Shown here: piece after piece, positions 7,601 to 13,790 of the stretch | Layout: the number at the start of each line of letters is the position of its first letter | Position numbering within the stretch: the stretch's first letter is position 1 | NCBI GenBank assembly: GCA_934647235.1 | Contig: CAKUFG010000039.1 | Span: 1 to 16,342 of the forward strand | From: an uncultured Clostridia bacterium | GTDB lineage: Bacteria > Bacillota > Clostridia > Christensenellales > Aristaeellaceae | Length of the DNA: 16,342 nucleotides | Reading direction: 5' to 3' | Made by a program: the position numbers and the translations under genes | Notes under the pieces: generated by a model | What the model was told of the DNA's origin: nothing | The model's database searches: none | What the model saw: only the letters and a program-made list of their open reading frames with translations

Positions 7601-7637
7601 GCCGCCGTGTCAGAAAATTGGGCACGGCGGCTTTTCT
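7601..7637 (+). terminator. Intrinsic terminator after the TetR gene
   Basis: GCCGCCGTG (7601..7609) and CACGGCGGC (7623..7631) form a 9-bp stem, followed by TTTTCT. Confidence 0.7.
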
Positions 7638-7642
7638 GCTCA

Positions 7643-7671
7643 TTGCGGGGGATGGGGCGGCTGCCTATAAT
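7643..7671 (+). promoter_or_regulatory. Putative promoter of the oleate hydratase gene (TTGCGG-17 nt-TATAAT)
   Basis: The -35-like TTGCGG is at 7643..7648, followed by a 17-nt spacer and a consensus TATAAT at 7666..7671. An imperfect inverted repeat CACCAAAGGGC/GCCCTGGTG (7678..7702) lies at the predicted start of the transcript. Confidence 0.5.
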
Positions 7672-7729
7672 CATAATCACCAAAGGGCGATAAGCCCTGG
7701 TGCAAAATCAATGTAGGAGGTCATCCGTT

Positions 7730-9505
7730 ATGTATTATGCCAGCGGCAACTATGAAGCCTTTGCCCGTCCCCGTAAGCCCGAGGGGGTAGATCACAAGTC
7801 TGCTTATATCATTGGCAGCGGCCTTGCCGCGCTGACGGCCGCCTGCTATCTGGTTCGGGACGGCCAGATGAAGGGCGAGCACATTCATATCCTGGAAAAG
7901 GAAGAACGTGCCGGCGGCGCCTGTGACGGCTGGAAATTTGAAAACATCGGCTATGTGATGCGCGGCGGCCGCGAGATGGACAACCATTTTGAGGTGATGT
8001 GGGATCTGTTCCACTCCATTCCCTCCATCGAAACCGAGGGCGTGAGCGTACTGGACGAGTATTACTGGCTCAACAAGGCCGATCCCAACTACTCTTTGTG
8101 CCGCGCCACCGTCAACCGCGGCGAGGACGCCCATACGGACGGCAAGTTCGATATCTCCGATAAGGGCGCAATGGAGATCATGAAGCTGTTCTTCACCCCC
8201 AATGAGGAGCTGCAGGACAAGCGCATCACCGATATCTTTGACGACGAGGTGTTCAACAGCAACTTCTGGCTGTACTGGCGCACCATGTTCGCCTTTGAAA
8301 ACTGGCACAGCGCGCTGGAAATGAAGCTGTATCTGCAGCGCTATATCCACCATATCGGCGGCCTGCCCGATTTCAAGGCGCTGCGCTTTACCAAATACAA
8401 TCAGTATGAATCCATGATTCTGCCCATGGTCAGATATCTGGAAAAGGCCGGCGTGCAGTTCCACTTTGGCGTCAAGGTGGTAAACGTGCTGTTTGACTGC
8501 AAGCCTGAGCGCAAGCTTGCCAAGAGCATCGAAACCATCCGCGACGGTAAGCCCGAAAGCATCGGCCTGACCGAGAACGACCTGGTGTTCATCACCAACG
8601 GCGGCTGCGTGGAAAACTCCAGCATGGGCAGCCAGAATGCGCCCGCGCCCTATAATACCGAGATCAAGGCGGGCGGCGGCTGGGATATGTGGCGCAAGAT
8701 CGCCGCGCAGGATCCCGCCTTCGGCCATCCGGACAAGTTCTGCTCCGATCCTGAGCAGACCAACTGGATGAGCGCCACCGTGGAAACACTGGATCAGCGC
8801 ATTATTCCCTATATCAAGGCTATCTGCAAGCGCGATCTCTTCAGCGGCAAGGTAGTCACCGGCGGCATCGTTACCGTCAAGGATTCCTCCTGGCTGATGA
8901 GCTGGACGATCAACCGCCAGCCGCAGTTCCGCGAGCAGCCCAAGGATCATTGCCTGGTATGGGTGTACAGCCTGTTCACCGATAAGCCCGGCGATTATAT
9001 CAAAAAGCCCATGCGTGCCTGCACCGGCAAGGAAATCTGCATGGAGTGGCTGTATCATATCGGCGTGCCGGAGGATCAGATTGAGGAGCTGGCCGAGCAC
9101 AGCGCCAACACCGTGCCCGTGATGATGCCCTATATCGACGCCTTCTTCATGCCCCGCGCCTATGGCGACCGGCCCAAGGTGGTGCCCGACGGCGCTGTCA
9201 ACTTTGCCTTCCTGGGGCAGTTTGCCGAAACGCCGCGCGATACCATCTTCACCACCGAGTATTCCATGCGCACCGGCATGGAGGCAGTATATACCCTGCT
9301 GAATGTCGATCGCGGTGTGCCCGAGGTGTGGGGCAGCGTGTATGATATCCGTGATCTGCTCAACGCCACCGTGCAGCTGCGCGACGGCAAGAAGATCACC
9401 GATATGGATGTGGGCCTGATGGAGAAGATGGCCTTCAAGGCTCTGATGGGCAAGGCCGCGCATACCGATCTGGAAAAGCTGCTGAAGGAATACAAGCTGA
9501 TTTAA
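7730..9505 (+). CDS. ohyA: Oleate hydratase (MCRA / myosin-cross-reactive antigen family, FAD-dependent fatty acid hydratase)
   Basis: ORF track 7700..9505. The start is moved to ATG 7730, 8 nt after AGGAGG. The N-terminus MYYASGNYEAFARPRKPEG followed by the FAD motif YIIGSGLAALTAACYLVRDG is typical of oleate hydratases. The ~591-aa length also fits. Confidence 0.92.
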   Translation: MYYASGNYEAFARPRKPEGVDHKSAYIIGSGLAALTAACYLVRDGQMKGEHIHILEKEERAGGACDGWKFENIGYVMRGGREMDNHFEVMWDLFHSIPSIETEGVSVLDEYYWLNKADPNYSLCRATVNRGEDAHTDGKFDISDKGAMEIMKLFFTPNEELQDKRITDIFDDEVFNSNFWLYWRTMFAFENWHSALEMKLYLQRYIHHIGGLPDFKALRFTKYNQYESMILPMVRYLEKAGVQFHFGVKVVNVLFDCKPERKLAKSIETIRDGKPESIGLTENDLVFITNGGCVENSSMGSQNAPAPYNTEIKAGGGWDMWRKIAAQDPAFGHPDKFCSDPEQTNWMSATVETLDQRIIPYIKAICKRDLFSGKVVTGGIVTVKDSSWLMSWTINRQPQFREQPKDHCLVWVYSLFTDKPGDYIKKPMRACTGKEICMEWLYHIGVPEDQIEELAEHSANTVPVMMPYIDAFFMPRAYGDRPKVVPDGAVNFAFLGQFAETPRDTIFTTEYSMRTGMEAVYTLLNVDRGVPEVWGSVYDIRDLLNATVQLRDGKKITDMDVGLMEKMAFKALMGKAAHTDLEKLLKEYKLI

Positions 9506-9544
9506 GATCGAAAGCGTATAAATTCAGAAGCATATTAATAAAAG

Positions 9545-9576
9545 CGAAGGAGCTGTTCTAATGAGCAGCTCCTTCG
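9545..9576. terminator. Shared hairpin terminator between convergent ohyA (+) and the feoAB operon (-)
   Basis: CGAAGGAGCTG (9545..9555) and CAGCTCCTTCG (9566..9576) form a perfect 11-bp stem with a 10-nt loop. TTTGG follows on the plus strand and CTTTTATT on the minus strand. Confidence 0.7.
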
Positions 9577-9591
9577 TTTGGAATTGGCAGG

Positions 9592-9765
9592 TTATCGCTT
9601 TTGAGTTTTGTGCTTCCCGCAGGCTGCGCCGCAGTGTGCGCAGTCCCCATTACAGCCGCCATGGCCGCAGCAATCGCCGTTTTTCAGTGCCTTGCGCCAG
9701 GTGCGGAAGGCGAAAAACGCGCACAGCGCAATCACGGCCAGCAGAATATAATCCAGCGCGCGCAT
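9592..9765 (-). CDS. FeoB-associated Cys-rich small membrane protein (57 aa)
   Basis: It lies inside ORF 9592..9822. The start is set at ATG 9765..9763, which overlaps the feoB stop as TAATG. The product is MRALDYILLAVIALCAFFAFRTW (one TM helix) followed by CCGHGGCNGDCAHCGAAC. This layout is typical of the small Cys-rich peptide found downstream of Firmicutes feoB. Confidence 0.8.
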   Translation of the reverse strand: MRALDYILLAVIALCAFFAFRTWRKALKNGDCCGHGGCNGDCAHCGAACGKHKTQKR

Positions 9766-11753
9766 TACAGCAGCCTCGCCAGCGAGTAGGCGATCAGGGA
9801 GACCAACCACGCAACCGAACACTGCATCAGGATGACGCCCGCCGTTTTAACGACGGAATTGAGCTCGCGCCGGATGGTGGCCACAGCCGCGATACAGGGG
9901 GTGTAAAGCAGCGTGAACACCAGGAAGCTGACAGCGGTTCTGGTGGTAAACAGCGTGCCGATGGCCGCGCTGCCCAGCAGCACCTGCAGGGTGCTGACCA
10001 CCGATTCCTTGGCCACAAAGCCCGATATCAGCGCCGTGGCGCAGCGCCAATCGGCAAAGCCCAGCGGGGAGAATACGGGCGCAATCCACTGGCCCACCAG
10101 CGCCAGCAGGCTGTCCGCGCTGTCGGCAACCACATTCAGCCGCGTGTCAAAGCTTTGCAGGAACCAGATGATGATCGTGGCCAGGAAGATTACCGTGAAC
10201 GCGCGCTGCAAAAAGTCGCGCGCTTTTTCCCACAGAAGCAGCAGCACGCTCTTGAAGCTGGGCATGCGGTAGTTGGGCAGCTCCATCACAAAGGGCACAG
10301 GCTTGCCGCGGAAGACCGTTTTGTCCATGATCAGGGCGGCGACGACGCCGATCAGAATGCCCAGCACATACAGCGAGATCATCACCAGCGCGCGGTACCT
10401 GGCAAAAAACGCTGCGGTGAAGAAGGCGTAAATCGAGATCTTGGCCGAGCAGCTCATGTAGGGCGTCAGCAGGATGGTCATTTTGCGGTCGCGGTCGGAG
10501 GATACCGTGCGGGTGGCCATGATGGCCGGCACCGAGCAGCCAAAGCCGATCAGCATGGGCACGATGCTGCGGCCCGACAGGCCGATCCTGCGCAGCGGCT
10601 TGTCCATCACAAAGGCCACGCGCGCCATATAGCCCGTATCCTCCAGAATGGACAGGAAGAAAAACAGCGTTACGATGATGGGCAGGAAGGACAGCACGCT
10701 GCCTACGCCCGCGAAAATGCCGTCGATGATCAGGCTGTGCACCACGGGGTTGATGCCATAGGCGGTCAGCCCCTTGTCAACCAGGCCGGTCAGCGCATCG
10801 ATGCCCAGCCCCAAATAATCGGACAGACGCTGGCCGATAACGTCGAAGGTAAGATAAAAGGTCAGCAGCATCACACCCAGGAAGGCGGGAATGGCAGTAT
10901 AGCGACCCGTAAGAATCCTGTCGATGCGCATGGAGCGCGCATGCTCCTTGCTTTCATGGCATTTTACCACGGAGGCAGCCACCACACCCTCAATGAAGGT
11001 ATAGCGCATATCGGCCAGGGCGGCGTTGCGATCCAATCCCGTTTCGTTTTCCATCTGCACGATGCAGTGCTCCAGCAGCTCCTGCTCGTTCTGATCCAGC
11101 TTCAATTCCTGCGCCAGGTTGTCGCCGCCCTCAATCAGCTTGGCCGCGCAGAAGCGCGGGGGAATGCCCAGATTTTCGGCATGGTCGTAAATCAGATGAA
11201 CCACCGCGTGGATGCAGCGGTGCACGGCCGATTCCTCGGCGCAGAAGTCCGTCACCTTGGGCAGCACCTTGCCGCGCGCGGTGGCGATGGCCTGATCCAC
11301 CAGCTCCGATACGCCCTCGCCGTTGGCGGCGGAAATGGGAATCACCGGAATGCCCAGCGCCTGGCTCATCTTCTGCACGTCGATGGCGCCGCCGTTGGCG
11401 CGCACCTCGTCCATCATGTTCAGCGCCAGCACCATGGGCACCTGCAGCTCCAGCAGCTGCAGCGTCAGGTACAGGTTGCGCTCGATGTTGGTGGCGTCCA
11501 CAATGTTGATGATGCCGTCGGGCTTCTGATTGATGATGAAATCGCGGGAGACGATTTCCTCCTGCGTATAGGGGCGCAGGGAATAAATGCCGGGCAGATC
11601 GACCACCGAGCAGCCGCGCTGCCCGCGAATCTCGCCCATTTTTTGGTCGACCGTTACGCCGGGAAAATTGCCTACATGCTGGTTAGAACCGGTTAAAGCG
11701 TTAAAAAGCGTGGTTTTGCCGCAATTTTGATTACCTACAAGGGCAAATATCAT
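9765..11753 (-). CDS. feoB: Ferrous iron transporter FeoB (complete, 662 aa)
   Basis: ORF track 9765..11753. The N-terminal G-domain carries GNQNCGKTT, DLPG and NMMD. A large polytopic permease domain follows. The start overlaps the feoA stop as ATGA. Confidence 0.95.
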   Translation of the reverse strand: MIFALVGNQNCGKTTLFNALTGSNQHVGNFPGVTVDQKMGEIRGQRGCSVVDLPGIYSLRPYTQEEIVSRDFIINQKPDGIINIVDATNIERNLYLTLQLLELQVPMVLALNMMDEVRANGGAIDVQKMSQALGIPVIPISAANGEGVSELVDQAIATARGKVLPKVTDFCAEESAVHRCIHAVVHLIYDHAENLGIPPRFCAAKLIEGGDNLAQELKLDQNEQELLEHCIVQMENETGLDRNAALADMRYTFIEGVVAASVVKCHESKEHARSMRIDRILTGRYTAIPAFLGVMLLTFYLTFDVIGQRLSDYLGLGIDALTGLVDKGLTAYGINPVVHSLIIDGIFAGVGSVLSFLPIIVTLFFFLSILEDTGYMARVAFVMDKPLRRIGLSGRSIVPMLIGFGCSVPAIMATRTVSSDRDRKMTILLTPYMSCSAKISIYAFFTAAFFARYRALVMISLYVLGILIGVVAALIMDKTVFRGKPVPFVMELPNYRMPSFKSVLLLLWEKARDFLQRAFTVIFLATIIIWFLQSFDTRLNVVADSADSLLALVGQWIAPVFSPLGFADWRCATALISGFVAKESVVSTLQVLLGSAAIGTLFTTRTAVSFLVFTLLYTPCIAAVATIRRELNSVVKTAGVILMQCSVAWLVSLIAYSLARLL

Positions 11754-11980
11754 GATTCGACGGCCTCCACTTCAATTTTGCGGGCTTCCTCCACGCGCAG
11801 CGTCAGTTCGTATCCGCGCACCTGAATTTCAATTGGGTCGCCCATGGGGGCAATCTTTTGCAGCGTTACGCGCGTGCGGGGAATCAATCCCATATCCAGC
11901 AGCCGGCAGCGCAGCGCGCCGCTGCCGCCCACTGCGGAGATGATTGCCGAGGAGCCAACCTTTAGCTGATCCAGTGTCAT
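11750..11980 (-). CDS. feoA: FeoA family protein (76 aa from the second ATG)
   Basis: ORF track 11750..11986. The first ATG abuts AGGAGG with no spacer. The in-frame ATG at 11980 lies 6 nt after it, so I prefer that start. The FeoA-like sequence reads LRCRLLDMGLIPRTRVTLQKIAPMGDPIEIQVRGYELTLRVEEA. Confidence 0.88.
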   Translation of the reverse strand: MTLDQLKVGSSAIISAVGGSGALRCRLLDMGLIPRTRVTLQKIAPMGDPIEIQVRGYELTLRVEEARKIEVEAVES

Positions 11981-11996
11981 TGCCATCCTCCTGTCA

Positions 11997-12012
11997 GTTA
12001 GCTATCGCTAAC
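11997..12012. promoter_or_regulatory. Candidate operator: palindrome GTTAGC-TATC-GCTAAC at the feoA transcript start
   Basis: Perfect 6-bp inverted arms are separated by 4 nt. The element lies between the predicted -10 (12018..12023) and the RBS (11987..11992) of the minus-strand feoA. Confidence 0.4.
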
Positions 12013-12017
12013 AATGT

Positions 12018-12046
12018 AAGATAGCATAGGCAAACTTATTCGTCAA
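12018..12046 (-). promoter_or_regulatory. Putative promoter of the feoA-feoB operon (TTGACG-17 nt-TATCTT on the minus strand)
   Basis: On the minus strand, TTGACG corresponds to plus-strand 12041..12046. An exact 17-nt spacer precedes TATCTT (plus-strand 12018..12023). The promoter is ~30 nt upstream of the RBS. Confidence 0.5.
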
Positions 12047-12050
12047 TAGG

Positions 12051-12092
12051 CTGCAAAAAAATATTTTCTTCGACACTGCAAAAAAATATTTT
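12051..12092. repeat. Two perfect 17-bp direct repeats CTGCAAAAAAATATTTT (25-bp period)
   Basis: The copies lie at 12051..12067 and 12076..12092. Each embeds the 10-bp palindrome AAAATATTTT. They sit immediately upstream of the feoA -35, in the region divergent from the XRE-HD gene. Confidence 0.85.
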
Positions 12093-12184
12093 ATCCGGCA
12101 CGGCGAAGGACAAAATAAGCGCATAAATACACAGAAGCTCAAGCTGAAATTGAATTGCTGGGGCAAAACTCAACGCTAACTGCG

Positions 12185-12213
12185 TTCACAAGGAGGAAAA
12201 TATCTGCTATACT
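12185..12213 (+). promoter_or_regulatory. Putative promoter of the XRE-HD gene (TTCACA-17 nt-TATACT)
   Basis: TTCACA is at 12185..12190, followed by a 17-nt spacer and TATACT at 12208..12213. The inverted repeat AACGC-N5-GCGTT (12172..12186) overlaps the -35. Confidence 0.45.
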
Positions 12214-12240
12214 CATATTAGAAAAAGGGGGGTGCCTGGC

Positions 12241-13059
12241 ATGAGCATTGGAAGCAATCTGACTGCGGCCCGCAAGGCAAAGGGCTTTACGCAGGAGCAG
12301 CTGGCTGAGCGGCTGGGGGTATCTTTTCAGGCGGTGAGCGCCTGGGAAAGGGATGCGTATTTGCCGGAGGCGGGAAAGCTTGCGGCGCTTGCTTCAGCGC
12401 TGAATATATCGGCAGACCTTCTGCTGCGCGGGGAACGGCGCGATTGGAAGCTGGAAAACCCTAACTTTGACCCGGATCATATGTATACCTGGCTGAAGGC
12501 TAAAGCGCACAGCCTTGGCCTGACACAAACGCTGAAAGCGCTGCCGCTGATGAAGAAAATGCATAACGGACAGATGCGAAAGAGCATGGTCGCAGCGGTG
12601 CCTTATAGGGCGCATCCCTTGACGCTGGCCTGCCATGCTCTTGCAATGGGCATCGTTGAGGATGACGTGGTATCCGGCCTGCTCCTGCATGACGTTCTGG
12701 AGGATACGTGCGCAGCGGAAAAGGATCTGCCGGTCTGCGAGCGCGTCCGAAAGGCTGTGCGCTTGGTATCCTATAACACCTATGCGGGTAGAAAGGTGGA
12801 AATCAAGCCGATATATTTTGCGAATATCGCGCAGGATCCGCTTGCTGCGCTGATCAAATGCATCGACCGCTGCAACAACCTGTCCTGCATGCCGGACGGC
12901 TTCTCACGGGAAAAACAGGCGCGCTATGTAATCGATACAGAGCGATATGTCATGCCTCTGCTGGAGGTTGTCAAATCCATTCCGCAATGGAACAACGCAG
13001 CCTGGCTGCTGCGGTATCAGCTTAGAACCATGCTCGAAAGCTATAAGCGGCTGCTGTAA
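12241..13059 (+). CDS. XRE-family HTH domain fused to a RelA/SpoT-type HD ((p)ppGpp-hydrolase-like, small alarmone hydrolase) domain (272 aa)
   Basis: ORF track 12232..13059. ATG 12241 is preferred because it lies 8 nt after AAGGGGGG. The N-terminal HTH_3-like segment reads LTAARKAKGFTQEQLAERLGVSFQAVSAWERD. The C-terminal part carries RSH hydrolase motifs in order: RAHPLTLACHAL, LLLHDVLEDT and IKCIDRCNNL. Confidence 0.85.
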   Translation: MSIGSNLTAARKAKGFTQEQLAERLGVSFQAVSAWERDAYLPEAGKLAALASALNISADLLLRGERRDWKLENPNFDPDHMYTWLKAKAHSLGLTQTLKALPLMKKMHNGQMRKSMVAAVPYRAHPLTLACHALAMGIVEDDVVSGLLLHDVLEDTCAAEKDLPVCERVRKAVRLVSYNTYAGRKVEIKPIYFANIAQDPLAALIKCIDRCNNLSCMPDGFSREKQARYVIDTERYVMPLLEVVKSIPQWNNAAWLLRYQLRTMLESYKRLL

Positions 13060-13125
13060 TGGCGAAGGCAGCCTGCCGTGCCCGCACGCAGAAAGGATGG
13101 CGCATAGCTCGCATATATCTGCGGA

Positions 13126-13158
13126 CGCATGAGACAGGGCAGCCGTCAGTGCGTTTTT
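13126..13158 (+). terminator. Possible intrinsic terminator after the XRE-HD gene (imperfect stem)
   Basis: CGCA-TGA...GG (from 13126) pairs with CC...TCA-TGCG (to 13153), with bulges. TTTTT follows at 13154..13158. Confidence 0.35.
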
Positions 13159-13239
13159 CATTTCAGCTTCGCTTTTCGGGGCCGAAAAAAACCGCGACGC
13201 GCTGCTTCATGCCTTTTGAATGAATAAGACTTTATACAT

Positions 13240-13269
13240 AAAAAATGCGCCGCAGAAGCCTGTGGCGCA
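13240..13269 (-). terminator. Intrinsic terminator after the YegP-like gene (minus strand)
   Basis: On the minus strand, TGCGCCACAG-gctt-CTGCGGCGCA forms a 10-bp stem with one G-U pair, followed by TTTTTT. The plus-strand coordinates are 13246..13269 for the hairpin and 13240..13245 for the A-run. Confidence 0.75.
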
Positions 13270-13293
13270 GCATAAGCGCTGGGGGATATGCGG

Positions 13294-13665
13294 TTATTCC
13301 TGTACCTTGATATCGGCGCCGGCGGCGTTTTTGCGCACGCTTTCAATGCCGTTCAGACAGCCGGCCTTGGCGGTATAGCCCTCGGACACGGCGATGATCT
13401 GGCCGTTGGTGGCTTTCAGGCGGAAGCGGTATTCGCCGCCCTTGTCCACATACACCTCAAACTTGGGGCAGGAAACCTTGACAACCGGTTCCTCGGTCAT
13501 ATCCTGCAGGTTGGCGATGGGCGCGTTGCGGCGCACGCTGGCAATGCCCTTGCGGCAGGAAGGCTCGGACTTGTATACCTCACTGGTGGCGATCACTTCA
13601 TGATTGCCCGCAACCAGATCGAATTTTACGCCGGTGGCAGTCTTCTTGAATACGAAATATCCCAT
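13294..13665 (-). CDS. YegP-like protein, tandem DUF1508 (UPF0339) repeats (123 aa)
   Basis: ORF track 13294..13683. The start is moved to ATG 13665, 8 nt after AAAGGTG. There are two copies of the DUF1508 pattern: YFVFKKTATGVKFDLVAGNHEVIATSEVYKSEPSCRKGIASVRRNA and KFEVYVDKGGEYRFRLKATNGQIIAVSEGYTAKAGCLNGIESVRKNA. Confidence 0.88.
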   Translation of the reverse strand: MGYFVFKKTATGVKFDLVAGNHEVIATSEVYKSEPSCRKGIASVRRNAPIANLQDMTEEPVVKVSCPKFEVYVDKGGEYRFRLKATNGQIIAVSEGYTAKAGCLNGIESVRKNAAGADIKVQE

Positions 13666-13701
13666 GAAAAACGCACCTTTCACAGTAGATTTGATGATTT
13701 A

Positions 13702-13730
13702 ATTATAAGTCACGGCGCGGGCCTTGTCAA
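13702..13730 (-). promoter_or_regulatory. Consensus promoter of the YegP-like gene (TTGACA-17 nt-TATAAT on the minus strand)
   Basis: On the minus strand, TTGACA corresponds to plus-strand 13725..13730. An exact 17-nt spacer precedes TATAAT (plus-strand 13702..13707). The 16-bp palindrome CCTTGTC-AA-GACAAGG (13722..13737) covers the -35. Confidence 0.7.
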
Positions 13731-13743
13731 GACAAGGAAAGAC

Positions 13744-13770
13744 AAAACCCCCGCCCTTGCGGGCGTTTTC
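13744..13770. terminator. Short GC hairpin, probable terminator after the chromate-transporter pair
   Basis: CGCCC (13752..13756), TTGC and GGGCG (13761..13765) form the hairpin. U-rich tracts flank it on both strands (GGGGGTTTTG on the minus strand, TTTT on the plus strand). The stem is short. Confidence 0.4.
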
Positions 13771-13790
13771 GCGCCTTTTTTGCAAAAAAA

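Noticed and set aside
7721-11696. Antisense ORFs 7721..9463 (-, 580 aa) and 9561..11696 (+, 711 aa)
   Set aside because: They lie opposite oleate hydratase and FeoB respectively. Composition is low complexity (H, G, A, R, Q, D), and there is no start context. They are shadow ORFs.
11630-11850. Local drop in third-position GC across the feoA 3' end and the first ~40 codons of the right feoB, considered as a recombination junction
   Set aside because: The protein sequence is continuous and FeoB-typical across the region. Reduced GC near a coupled translation start is a common way to lower mRNA structure. The observation was by eye only, not computed.
11997-12012. Calling the GTTAGC-N4-GCTAAC palindrome a DtxR/IdeR iron box or a Fur box
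   Set aside because: The arms resemble the TTAG/CTAA core of the 19-bp DtxR/IdeR consensus, but the arm spacing is different. There is no resemblance to the Fur 7-1-7 TGATAAT-N-ATTATCA box. I keep it only as an unassigned candidate operator.
12190-12196. Strong AAGGAGG in the spacer upstream of the XRE-HD gene, considered as the RBS of an unannotated small ORF
   Set aside because: No ATG, GTG or TTG start lies 4-12 nt downstream. The sequence falls inside the predicted promoter spacer.
13173-13188. Hairpin TTTTCG-GGGC-CGAAAA in the convergent spacer, considered as a bidirectional terminator or small RNA
   Set aside because: The stem is only 6 bp and mostly A-U, with no independent U-tract beyond the stem itself. 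Better terminator candidates exist on each side (13126..13158 and 13240..13269). No promoter-like sequence supports an sRNA in 13060..13293.
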